The translations under genes and the position numbers were made by a program. Source: Vicugna vicugna (lineage: Eukaryota). Taken from it: a stretch of 64,000 nucleotides of DNA. A model generated the notes under the pieces. That model was not told the DNA's origin. It searched no databases and saw only the letters and a list, made by a program, of their open reading frames with translations. The stretch is from contig MU058824.1 in NCBI GenBank assembly GCA_013265495.1, positions 4,803,111 to 4,867,110 of the forward strand, given 5' to 3'. Shown one piece after another: positions 21,864 through 33,990 of this stretch; positions within the stretch are counted from its first letter, which is position 1; each line of letters begins with the position of its first letter.

Positions 21864-22703
21864 TCTGGAAAGTTCGAACAAGGGCATCAACAGCACCAGA
21901 CACTGCCCCCGGAGCCCAGAGGGGCAGAACACATTTCATCAGGAGAGCTTGGCACCTGGAAAGAGAGGGAAAGAAAGGGAACCTAATGTCACCTCCCTGA
22001 AGCAAGGGACATGCCCTTCCCCATATCATTTTCAGATGGAGAAAAGCTCAAGAGGAGAAAAGACTCAAAGTCAAGATGGAGCTGGGTAACACAGCCTGAC
22101 AGAGCACTGTCTGCATTGCACAGGTCTAGGTCTGGCTTTGAGTTCCCCCTTCATTTTAAGTTCGCCATGCAGTCACTTGCAACAAAAGGCCAGGCCCCTT
22201 TTAATGCCACATCTGAAGGTCCGGGGATCTCAGGGACAGTACTTTCTCCTTCTCTTTCTTAGTAGTAAACAGTGACTAGTCCTGAGTATAAAAAAGTATG
22301 AATAATGACATAACTAAAAAAAAAAAATCTAGGATATTTGAAAGGGTGCTAGGCACTGAGGGGATACAGAGATGCCTTAGACACAGCTACAGCACGCAAG
22401 TTTACAAATGAGGGGGAAAAGCACAAATAAGATATCATGTATGCATAGCAATAAGCTATAATTTTGAAAGAAAAGTAATTTTTAATGTACTATATCATTT
22501 GATGCCTATGTCACCTTGGACCCCTCTTCTCCTCCTCTGAGCTCCAAAATACCTATCCCTCTCTGATGGCTGTGGGCTAAGGATCCTCATTCTCCCTACC
22601 ACTGTATAGGAGGTTCTTGAATGGAGAGACTGAGTTAGGCATCAGACTGCAAGCATGGCTGATGCCAGCTTATTCCTTCTCAATGGGGTAGGGGTCTGTT
22701 TTT

Positions 22704-22830
22704 TTTTCTGGGGGTGGGGGCATTTGGTTTATTTATTTTAATTTTTTTTTTAATGGAGGTGCTGGGGAATGAACCCAGGACCCTGTGCATGGTAAGCACA
22801 CACTCAACCACTGAGCTATACCCTCCCCCA
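22704..22830 (-). mobile_element. tRNA-Ala-derived SINE (camelid Vic-1-like)
   Basis: Reverse complement GGGGGAGGGTATAGCTCAGTGGTTGAGTG...GGTCCTGGGTTCATTCCCCAGCACC plus A-rich tail; ~17-bp TSD GGTAG(G/A)GGTCTGTTTTT at 22687 and 22831. Confidence 0.85.
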
Positions 22831-23659
22831 GGTAGAGGTCTGTTTTTGTCTTTTTTGCATCACTCTGGCACAACATCAGATAAGGTTTGGCAAACATAAG
22901 GCATAATACATTCTTAATATTTATCTAGCTCAGGGTACAGATCTTCTGAAGTGACCCAATTCTGCCCAGTTTTAGCCAGAACCTTCACTACAGGGGTCCT
23001 CTAAAAAGTCCTCTTCCCAGTCTTACCTGTGATGGATTAAGGTCAAGCTCTCTACACAGAGCCCATTCTGAGCGTCTCTAGTCCCTTGGCTGGACTGCGG
23101 CCGAATGGCCACCGCAACTTCTAGTCTCCTGTGCTACCGAGTTCAGGTCCCAAAAATCTTCATTTGCTCAGACTTCTCATATTTTCTCCCAATTCATTCA
23201 TTTCTTCTTTCCCTCTTCATTCCTGTCATTCTCCTTCTACCTACCATGACTATAAACCCCCATTGCTTAAGTTCTCCATCATTTAGTTGAACCCTTATAC
23301 CACCAATTTTTAAAAGTTTAACTCATTTAGATCACAGGACCATAGCTCTTCACGTGGAGTACAGTAAAGAGCTGGACAGACACACATGCTCAAAGACACG
23401 AACAGACAATACAGAAAGGAAAAAATTCAAATGGCTAATAAATACATGTGCAAGGGACACAGTATTAAAATATAATTATTTGTGTTAAGTTAAATTACAT
23501 TAAAATTTAAAAAGCAAGTATTTACCATCTTTCTTCCTCCTTTCCTTTCAGAGAGGACTTTGTTGGATTTCTAAGCCTTTGTATGTTGACTGGGATAATG
23601 AGTAGATAATGCAGAAAGGCAAAACTACAGAGGCTAAACTGAGCTACAAGGTTAAAAGT

Positions 23660-24800
23660 TACAGAAGAAAACATGGGAGTAAATTTGTTACCTTGGATTA
23701 AGATTAAGATTGCCTAGTTTCTTAGATAAGATACCAAAAGCACAAGTGATAAAAAGAGAAAATAGATAAGGTGGATTTCGTGAAAAAACAAAAACCTCTG
23801 TGCCTCAAGAGAGACCATCAAGAAAGGGAAGACAACCCACAGAATGAGAGAAAAGATTTGCAAATGGTGTGTCTGATAAGAGACTCCTGATCAGAATATA
23901 CAAAGAACTCTAACATCTCAACAATAAAAAGTATATAACCCAATTGAAAACGGGGCATAGAACTTGAATAGACATTTCTCTGAAGAAGACATACAAATGA
24001 TCATTCATGAAAAGATACTCAACATCATTAGTCATTAGAGAAATAAAGACCACAATGAGGTATCACTTCACTCCCACTAAGATAAAAGACAGTAACAAAT
24101 GTTGGTGAGGATGGAGAAACTGCAACCCTCAAGCATTGCTGGAGGCACTGTACAATAGTGCAATCACTTGGAAAAACAATCTGGCAGTTCCTCAAAATGT
24201 TAAACATACAGTTACCACAGGACCCAGAAACTCTACTCCTAGGTATATACCCAAGAGAAATGAAAACATATATTCACACAAAAGCCTGTATAGGAATATG
24301 CATAGCAGCATTATTGACAGTAGTGAGAAGGTGGGAACAATCAGAATGTCCATCAACTGAGAAATAGATATACATAATATGGTATACATAATGGAATATT
24401 ATTTAGCAATTAAAGGAATGAAGTACTGATACATGCTATAGCATGACTGAACATCAAAAAGGCAAGTGAAAGAAGCTAGTCGTAACAGGCTTCTTTGTAT
24501 GTTGTTGTATGATTCCGTTTTCATGAAATGTTCAGAATAGGCAAATGCATAGAAACAGCAATTAGATAGTGGTTGCCAGGGATTGAGGGCCTGGAAGATG
24601 GGGAGTGACAGCTAATGGGTGTGGAGGTTCTTTCTGGGTTGATGAGAATGTTCTGAAATCAGGCAGTGGTGATAGTTACACAAGTCTGTGAATAAAATAA
24701 AAACTCCACAATTTTATGGTATATGAATTATATCTCAATTTTATACGGGTGGATTTTATGGTATATGAATTATATCTTAACAAAGCTGTTATTTAAATTT
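23660..24800 (+). mobile_element. Old L1 (ORF2 3' part and 3'UTR), degenerate
   Basis: ORF-track fragments WQFLKMLNIQLPQDPETLLLGIYPREMKTY match the L1 ORF2 C-terminus; internal 28-bp duplication at 24711 and 24753. Confidence 0.85.
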
Positions 24801-25148
24801 TTTTAATAGAAAAAAAGATTAAAGTTTATGGGAAGAGAGAAAGAGAGTAAAGGAAGGAAACTAGGGTCTAGCAGTGGAGAGGAATGGGTATTTGCAGAGA
24901 CAAGATGAGAACAAGAAAAGAGAGGAACAGCTCCCTTAAAGTATGGGACTCTACAAAAGAAGAGGGATAAAGAGGATTTTTAGGAAGTTTTGCTATGAGG
25001 TACATGAGATAATTTCCCCTTCACTTCTCCTCATCTCTTCTCTTACTTTGCCAAGAAAACTTTGGGTTCAAGTATATACACCACAAGGATAACAAAGTTG
25101 GGAACACCCTAAAATTCTAATAATAATTAATTTAAAAAGTACAGAAAA

Positions 25149-25280
25149 GGGGGAAGGGTATAGCTCAAGCAGTAGAGTGCTTGCTTAGCATGCACGAGGT
25201 CCTGGGATCAATCCCCAGTACCTTCTCCAAATATAAATAAATAAATAAACCCAATTAATTCTCCCGCAAGAAAAAAAAAA
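25149..25280 (+). mobile_element. tRNA-Ala-derived SINE (Vic-1-like)
   Basis: GGGGGAAGGGTATAGCTCAAGCAGTAGAGTGCTTGCTTAGCATGCACGAGGTCCTGGGATCAATCCCCAGTACC, (AAAT)n and A-tail; TSD AAAAAGTACAG. Confidence 0.88.
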
Positions 25281-25426
25281 GTACAGGACAGAGTATCATT
25301 AAAACAATGTGTTAATTTAATTATTGATGTGAGAAAATGTTCACAAAATATTAAGTGAAAATAGCAGATCACAAACAGCCTTTATAGTAGGACTCCATTT
25401 TTGTAAATAACTACATCTTTTTTATC

Positions 25427-25802
25427 TGTCTTAGTTCATTCAGGTTGCTATAACAAAATACTGCAGACTGGGTGGCTTATAAACAGCAGAAATGTATTTC
25501 TCCCAGTTCTGGAGGCTGGAAAGTCCAAGAGTAGGATCAAGGCACCAGCATGGTTGCGTTCTGCTGAAAGCCCTCTTCCTGGTTCATATCTGGCACCCTC
25601 TACCTGTGTCCTCACATGGTGGAAGTAAGGGACGAGGGCTCTTTCTGGAGCCTCTTGTATGGAAACACTAATGCCATTCAGGAGGGCTCTGCTCTCATGA
25701 CCTAATCACCTCCCAAAGGCCCTATCTCTTACTACCATTATCTTTGGGAGTTAGAATTCAACCTATTAACTTGGGGGGGACACAAACATTCAAACCATAG
25801 CA
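25427..25802 (-). mobile_element. MaLR solo LTR (MLT1A/MST-like)
   Basis: TG...CA ends; TGTCTTAGTTCATTCAGGTTGCTATAACAAAATAC...CTGGAGGCTGG...CATTCAAACCATAGCA. Confidence 0.85.
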
Positions 25803-25833
25803 ATCTGCGTGGAAGAAAACTTGAAAGCATATA

Positions 25834-26132
25834 CAGTACCAAAATCCAAGGATGCTCAGGTGCCTTATATAAAATAGTGTATTTGCATATAACTTACACA
25901 CATCCTCCCATTTACTTTAAATCAACTTCAGATTACTTATAATACCTAACACAATGTAAACACTACATAAATAGTTGTAAATACTATGTAAACGGTATGC
26001 AAATAGTTGCCAGATCATGCAAATTCAAGTGTTGTTTTTTTGGAACATTCTGGAATTTTTTTCCTGAATATTTTTGATCCCCAGTTGGTTGAATCTATCC
26101 ATGTACAACTGGAAGACATGGAGAGCTGACTG
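25834..26132. mobile_element. MER2/Tigger-type TcMar DNA transposon relic
   Basis: TA|CAGT...ACTG|TA ends; CCAAAATCCAAGGATGCTCAGGTGCCTTATATAAAAT as in recalled MER2. Confidence 0.75.
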
Positions 26133-26834
26133 TACAGCAAAATGTTAATAGTGCTTATTTCTGTTGAGTGATTTTGGATTATTTTTAATTTTTTTTTGTT
26201 TCATCCATATTTTCTAATAAATACCTGTTATGTATATAATTTAAACAATTTTTTTTCCTTAAGGGCTACAGATGCTATGGGTTTGGGATCTGGGAATGGG
26301 GCTTGAAACCTTATGTATAGTACTAGGTTTCCCCAGAGTCCTGGCCATAATCTGAAGCCTGGACCAAATGGAGCATACTGAACCTTCTTGCACACACAGC
26401 AGTAATTTTAGGAGTACCTGTGGGCTATGGCCATCACTTAATCTTCAGTGAATACTCCCCCTATCCCCTTCTTAAAGCACCATTTCCAAGAGGCATTCAC
26501 AACTATACACACATAAGAATTTATGATTCTGACTCACAAAACCAATGACTAGGTCATACACACATTTAAATGGAGAAACATAGTGACACATAGTGTCTGG
26601 AAAGCTTATCCTCAAAACCAGGTATAAAGCACAAATGGATATGGAGGGTGATGAAGAATCTGCCTGGAGGGCGCTAACAGTTTACTATGTTATGTTTACA
26701 CATCTGTTCCCAGACTAGAGTGCAATTTCTTGGGGTCAGAAACTGATACAGTCAATCCCCTGTCCCTAGAACCCATGAATAGTGCTTAGAACACGGTAGA
26801 TGCTCAGTTATTTATTGATTCCTGTTGTACCCAG

Positions 26835-27150
26835 TTAAAAAATTGACTTGTTTGTCTTTTTATTGTTGAGTGGTAGGAGTCTTTTTTATTTATTCTGGAT
26901 ACAAGTCCTTTATCAGATATGTCTTGAGAATATTTTCTCAAGTGGCTTTTTCTTAACGGTGTTTATTTAATTCGCAGAAGTTTTTAATTTTATGAAGTCC
27001 CATTTATCTGTTTTTTTCTTTTATGGTTAAATCTTTCTGTGTCCTATTTAAGAAATCTTTGCCTATCCTAGGATCATAAAGAAATTTTCCTGTTTTTTCC
27101 TAAATGCTGCATAGTTTTAGCTTTTCTATTTGGTTGTGTTGAATCCTATT
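26835..27150 (-). mobile_element. L1 ORF2 fragment (antisense)
   Basis: ATTCTGGATACAAGTCCTTTATCAGATATG...GAAATCTTTGCCTATCC is typical L1. Confidence 0.7.
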
Positions 27151-29250
27151 TTAAGTGTAAAGCTCTTTCACTGGTTGACTTCATTTTATTTTATATTTTT
27201 GCATCTCAGAGGTCTTACTCCTTCCTGATCTCCACATGACCAAGGGAAATCCTGTCAGTAGTTTCTCCATAGACAACTCCAGTTCAGCCCTCCAAGGTGA
27301 AGTTCTGGAGGCATCTCATGAGTCTCTGTACTCTGCCTTGCCCATGCTTTCACATTTTTTTATACAGCATTTTTTTATGTATGTCATCTCACTGATCTTC
27401 ACAACAATGCAACAGAGTACGCAGAGCCACCTTCATTTAAAAAACAAGAAAATCCAATACCCAGAAAAAAGAAATGACTTGCCCAAGATCTGTCAGTGGA
27501 TAAATGACAAAATTAAGTCGGGACTCAGGAATTCTAACTTTTGTCCTTTTTTCTTATCAGTTAGGAATGTAATGAGAGTATATTGTACACATAACTTGAT
27601 TTCAAATACCACAGAACACATTTACTGACAGCATGTCTCTCAGACTTCTCTCCCAGGAATGACATGTTCTGTAACAAGACAAGTTTAATATTGTGGCCCA
27701 TGAACTCTAATAAAGATAAAGAGAAAACAGTGAGGTGGAAGAGCTCATTCCAGACTCTTCTTCTACCCTGGTTAAATATAGAGACATGGGAGATGAAGAA
27801 GGGGAAAGAATAGAGAACCCAGAATAGAAAGAAAGTAGAAGAAAGCTCTCAGCACTGCCTACCAGGTAGCCAGAGAAGTGGTGGTCTCAGCCAGCATAAA
27901 GTTACGAAGTCTAGCTCTCTAGAAACAGGGAACGCTTTCCATGAGAGCCCTCTTCCTGGCCCTCATCCCAAATGGGTATCTCTTGGCCTATTATAATCAT
28001 GCTATTTGTTAGTGATCATTGACTGAGCACTTACATGAAAGGTGACTTACATATATTCTCTCTAATTCCACTGTAATCCTTTAAAGCAGGCACAATCATT
28101 CCCATTTTAGAGATGAGAAAACTGAAGCTTAGCAAGTTTAAGTAGTCCACCCATAATTATACAGCTGAGATGGACACAAACCCAGGTCTGCCCAATTCTT
28201 AATTCTTTCCACTACAACTCCTCCCAAAGAAAATGATCAGGGCCACACCCTCTTCCTAAAGTCCCTGCATTTTCCCTGCTACCAAAGCAGATGCTTCCTA
28301 TCTTTCCTGGATAGGCCCACCCTCTAGTTATCATGTACAGAGTTTGTTTTACCCACTTGGCTATTCTCTGAACCTACAGTCCCTTTCCTCCAATAACACT
28401 CTTCAATCCCACCTCCTGCCCTAGTTCCCAGCCCTCATCTCCCTGCCCCATTCACAGTCCTCAACGCCCTCTTTCCCCTGCTCTGTAGTTCACATTCCTA
28501 GATGCTTCCTGGGAACTAACACCCTCCCACAACTTCCCAGTGTATTCCCCAGCCATGTTTTGCACAAGGAACTACTGACTCCTATTAGTATATGTTTTTG
28601 AATCCTCCACCAAGGTGATCAATGGAAATGGGAATTTAAAGAACTCTATCTGCTTAGCAATAGAGTAACTCTGGGCAGGAAGATGCTCTAAACTCCAGAA
28701 GAAAGTCTTTGGTCATCAGTATCTTTCTGCCAATTATAGAATCCCTTCCCCCTCTTTTTTGGCCTGCTGAAGGAGGTTGGGGAAGACAGTGATACTCAGC
28801 TGCTATTCTCCAGCAATATGACCTTGATCTGATCTGATGGGGAGCCTCAGTAGGACTGATAACTCTATTCCTGTCTGGCTCCTATTCTGGACAGGACTGA
28901 AGGTGAGAGAGCAGGAGGGTGGATTCAGGAGTACCAGCTTATGCTTAGGTCTCTTCCTGTTAGGAATCTAAGTCTGTATAAGAAGACTGATTATAACAGG
29001 TCAGGTGCCCTAGGCATTACAGTGACTGCTCCTCCAACCACTCTCCCCCAAAATGTGGAGCCTTTTGGTCAGCATTCTTTCTTACTCCATCCTTATCTGT
29101 AGCCTGGTGGCTCCCATAGCACCAGAGATATGGTACGTGCGTCTATGTGCATGTACATATGTGTATGGAGGGAAAGGATGGGCTTGATGCTTCCCAGTCC
29201 CTCCTTTGGAAAGCTGTGCAGATTCCTGCATGTCTCCATCATAAACTTAC

Positions 29251-29800
29251 AGTAGCTGTAGGGGTGTCTCCTCCCATTAAGCCATTGTTTCTAGATCTGA
29301 CCCCCTCCACCCTGATGGACACCATTGCAGCTTCATTAGAAATGCTCAGAAAGGAAGAAGGGGATCTTCTGCTTCTTGACAAAATAGCATTAGCCCAAGC
29401 CTCTGGTTTTCCCCATCTCTGCACCACAGCCCAAATGTATGCACAGATGAGCCTGTCTAATGTTCACTCTCATGCTAGCTCTCATACTCTCTCCTTCAGA
29501 AAGACAAAGCCAACCCTCAGAAGCCAGGGCCCAAATGTGCTGATCGGTTATCCTAGCGGCTCTGCCCTGCCCCTCCCCCCAGCCCCGCTGAGCCATACCT
29601 CTGGAAGGAGCCTTGAGCTGTATCCGGAGGCTTCTGCTCCTTTTGCACTCCGACCAAGCTCTACCTTGATAGTTGAGCTGAGGCACTGTTCCACAGGACC
29701 CCACAGGGGGAACTCGGCTGATTTCCTAAGATCTGATTTCTGCTAATACAATGGCATCGTTGCTAATGCAGGGAGGCTGCGCAATCCCAGCCCCAGTATC
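29251..29800 (-). promoter_or_regulatory. RUSC2: Probable alternative non-coding first exon and promoter of RUSC2
   Basis: Consensus donor ACT|GTAAGT at 29251/29250; local GC/CpG enrichment 29540-30060; GTTGCTA half X-boxes and TGACGT; I recall a human alternative first exon several kb upstream of exon 2; 5' end approximate. Confidence 0.6.
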
Positions 29801-32070
29801 CTTGCTGCCGCTGGTGCTGCGGTGACGTTGCTACTAAGGGAAGGGGGAAGGGAAAGGAGCAGGCATGCCCACAGTACAGCCGCTCAGCCTCCCTCCCTGT
29901 CAGTCCCTGTGGGCCCTTTAGCCTGGGGAAGGGGGAGGGTAGAGAAAGGAGGCGGCCACAGAGGGCAGTCAGTGCTAGAAGGCGACAACTCTCAAAGCAG
30001 CAGAGAAAAATACGGAGAGAGCTGGGCCTAGCTCCTCTCTGTCCCTAGGAGTCTCCGGGAAAAAGTCTGGGCAGAGGCTTAGAGCTTCCTTCCTTCCCTC
30101 CTTAGGCCCCTCCTTTCAGATCCCAGCCAGAAACCTCTCCCTCCTCTTTTCACCCAATCTGAATGACTCCTTGTTTTCCAGCTTTTTCCTTTCACTAGGA
30201 TTCCAGGCTAGCCCAGGGTGGAGCAGCCAGCCTGGGAGGGGGTTCCTGAAGCCCTGAAGGGAGGCTGCAGGGACCAGTTATCATTCCACCAGCAGTAACA
30301 CCAAGTCCCTAGATTTGGCACTAGGCTTTCTAGGGTGCACCTCTTCAAAGAAATGGGTCTGTCTCAGAAAACAAAGAGAGACTGGGCCATAGGCAGGCTT
30401 CTATACACAGGGTGGCAGTGAGCCTTAGAACCAAGGTAGCTGCAGGCCCCCTTTCTACCACAGGGTCCAATTCAGTTCCCTGGATCTTAAGAAGGTCTGC
30501 TAGTGTGGCTGGAGCAGAACCTTTTCCTCTCACCTACATCAGTTTTTGGTCAGTGCTAAGTGGGGTCCAGGTGGGCCTGTGGGGAGGCAGAGTCCATCTA
30601 GCCAGGCCAAGGGACAGGAAGCCTATTTTCCTAGGGAAAGGAAGGCTAAGGAAAAGGAGTGATCTCCCCTAGGCTGGAGAAAAATCTCAGTTCTGTCTGT
30701 GGACCTACAGAGCCTCCACACCTTCCCCGCTCCACCTTCCTCGGGTTCCAGGCAAGTTCTGCGGGCATCAGTTAATGTTGGAGAACCACAGCCAGACCAG
30801 TTATACAATAAATAGTAGCACCATCTCTGTCTAGTTCATGACACTGCCGCCTGCTGCCACCCTTGAATCCAGAGATGGTTTCAAGCTGGGCTTGGCCCCC
30901 AAGCACTAGCCCTGTATAGGGCAGGGCTCCTTCCAGTGTTGACTACTATCTGGACTCCACAGCCAAGCCCTTGGATTTCAGGTCCCTAAAAAGAAGCCTT
31001 AGGTCTACAGGCCAGGACCACATCAGCCAGCACTCAGGATCCAGAAGAGAGGTGATTTCTTTCCCCTTACTGTTGTTTCTATTGCCTATGAGACTCAAGT
31101 GCCCACTAACAATATTCTAAGAGGAGCTGAGTTGCAGAGGGAACAGAAGTGGCTAAAGACCCAAAAGCCTATCTCCAACCTTGTTTTGTTTGAGGGGCCA
31201 TGGCTCTTTGATCCTACAAAGTGGGAAACAATGAGGAAGGCTGCTGTTCATAAAACTAACCATTAGTGATCCTCACAGGGACACTGAAAGGTGTCACCGT
31301 ACTTCCCTCTCCTCTAGCTGAAAACGACCTCAAAGGGGGTTGGACAAGCAGCTGTAGCTTAGGGCAAAGTCAATCTCCGTGACCAGTGCTTGGAGTTTTG
31401 GCTTCTTATTATAAGAGCTCTGGAGCTAGGGTCTTTGTCCCTGAAATTTCTGTAAGGCCAAGCCATGAACTGCACTGGAGGGCCACTACTTAGGAAATGT
31501 TTCCAGATAAAATTATTTTCTGGCTAGAAACAAAAATATAAATACTATCACATTATAAACCACAACTGCCTCCTAACTAGTCTTCTCACCAGCAATTTAC
31601 CTTTCAGTACCACCAGATTCATCTCCCTCAAGCCCCATCTTTATTCAACATGTCACTCCTCCTGCCCCTTTTAATGGTTTCCCATTACTCAGAGAATCAA
31701 GTTCAAACTCCTCATTTTGGCTTTCAAGATCCTCCATCTTGGCTGTCTACTCCTCTCTACCTAACCTTACTTCTCACATCCCATCCTGTAGTTCTTCAAA
31801 CCTGTTTCATAAGTTCATTTCCATTCTGCTGCCTTTGTTCAGATATTCCTGCTTGTTACACTTGGCTAAACTCGGAATTATCCAAAATCTACAAGGCCCA
31901 GATCAACTTATCCATCAAGTCTTCACTGATTACCCTAGAGCCAGAAATTATCTTTGTCTTCTGAACTATGGCTGCAAGCTGTTGATTTTACAGACAAGAA
32001 AAAAAATCCCACAGAAACCAGGGAATCAATATGGGATTGCCAGTTCCTTATATTGCCAAGTAACATCATT

Positions 32071-32100
32071 AAAACAAAACAAAACAAAACAAAACAAAAC
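32071..32100. repeat. (AAAAC)6 pentanucleotide repeat
   Basis: Directly visible. Confidence 0.9.
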
Positions 32101-32554
32101 CTTACATCAACTATCACCATCATTTCATTAAAAAAGCATACTGTCATTATTTTTCTCATTTCACTGTATAATGATGCAAACTTCATCAATAACAAACAAC
32201 AGTTCATGAGAGATTTTAAGTAAATATTTGTCACTTGACATAGTTATGGTTTTCGTTTTGTTTTGTTTTGTTTGCATACCTGCCTTAATGGCTCTTCTAG
32301 ACAGCAAAGTCCAAGTTATATTCATCTTTGTATCCCCAATACTCAGAGCTTAAGACAGCATTATTTTTATTTTGTGTTTCTATAATAACTAGCACAGTAC
32401 TTGGCTTATAGATGGTGGTTAGTCAGTCTTGTTGAGTAAGAGTAATCTAAAAAGAGTGAAAGTGTAAATGAGAGTAAGTGGTGGGCAGATCTGACTCAAA
32501 GCTGACAGAGAAGACCCCTGCTGTTCATGTGAGGGAAAAAAAAGATCTATTAAA

Positions 32555-33630
32555 ACAAAACTTAGGAAATTAGGAATAACTCTTCATGATCTCGAATTAT
32601 GCAATGCATTCTTAGACATGATACCACAAGTACAAGTGACAAAAATAAAAATTAAAAAAAGGTAAGCTGGACTTCATAAAAATTTAAAACTTTTGTGCTT
32701 CAAGACACAATCAAGATAGTGAAAAGAAAATCCACAGAATGGGAGAAAATATTTGTAAATCATATAAGGAACTTCTATCCAGAACATATTAAGGACCTTT
32801 ACAACTCAACAATAAAATGGTATACAATGCAATTTAAAAAATGGGCAAAGTATTTGAATAGACGTTTCTCTAAAGGAAACATGCAAAAAGTCAATAAGCA
32901 CATGAAAGGATGCTCAACATCATTAGATATTAGGAAAGTGCAAATCAAAACTAAAATGAGATACCATTTCACCTTTCCAGAATGGCTAAACAAAAAAGAC
33001 AGTAACAAGTATTGATGAGAGAAATTAGAACCCTTATACATTGCTGGGAGGATTATAAAATGGTTCAATCACTTTGGAAAATAGTCTGGCAGTTCCTCAA
33101 ATGTTAAACATAGAGTTACCATCTGACCCAGAAATTCTACTCCTAGATACACACCCAAGAGAAATGAAAACATGTTCACACCAAAGCCTGTATATGAATG
33201 TTCACAGCAGCATTATTTATAACAGCCAAAAGTGTGAACAACCCAATGTCCATTAATAGACCAATGGATTAATAAAATGTGGTATATTCATAAAATGGAA
33301 TATTATTCAGCAATAAAAAGGAAAGATGCAGTAAAACATGCCACGACATGGATGAACCTTGAAGACATTATGCTAAGTGAAAGAAAACAAAAGGTCACAT
33401 AGTGTTTGACTGCATTTATATGAAATGCCCAAACTAGGTACATCTATGGAGACAAAAAGTAGATGAGTTGCTGCCAGGGATGTGGGGAAAGGGAAAAAGG
33501 GGAGTGATTGTTAGTGGGTATAGGATTTCTTTTGCAGATGCTGCAAATGTTCTAAAATTAGATTATGGTGATGGTTACACAACTCTGTGAATATATTAAT
33601 AACAATTGAATAATATACTTTAAATAGTGA
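32555..33630 (+). mobile_element. Old L1 (ORF2 3' part and 3'UTR)
   Basis: ORF 32695-33015 [20 protein letters not shown]...[24 protein letters not shown] matches L1 ORF2. Confidence 0.88.
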
Positions 33631-33694
33631 AACACATGTCAATCAGCTCCACAGAGGCAGAAGTGTTTCAAAGCTCTCTTACTGGGTGGGGGTG

Positions 33695-33736
33695 NNNNNN
33701 NNNNNNNNNNNNNNNNNNNNNNNNNNNNNNNNNNNN
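33695..33736. other. Assembly gap (42 N) inside a G-run tract
   Basis: N characters flanked by GGGTGGGGGTG and GGGGGTAGGGGTAGGGGTGGGGG. Confidence 0.99.
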
Positions 33737-33990
33737 GGGGGTAGGGGTAGGGGTGGGGGAGGTGGAAACTCAAGTGTACTAGAAAGCAGAGGGTATCACT
33801 GGCATGTCAACCCAAAAACTTCAGATAATTCACCTTTCTTTCTGTTTTGTTTTTTTCAATACCAAATTTTTGAAAGAATGAACTATGTTAACTTTAGTTT
33901 CTCCTTAACCCTTTCCTAAACACCAGAAGATTGGCTAGTTCTAATGAATACTTGAACTGTTTGAAGCAGTTCTAATCTTTAAACTCATAA

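Noticed and set aside
21864..21932. Longer N-terminus (MFCPSG...) in the ORF track for RUSC2
   Set aside because: Starts at GTG, not ATG; the recognisable start is MDSPPK at 21863 in strong Kozak context
25149..25222. Apparent tRNA-Ala gene
   Set aside because: Broken acceptor stem, A-rich tail and TSDs show it is a SINE; same for 22704 and 57176
29147..29746. 199-aa + strand ORF
   Set aside because: GTG start, no recognisable homology; overlaps the putative RUSC2 alternative first exon in antisense
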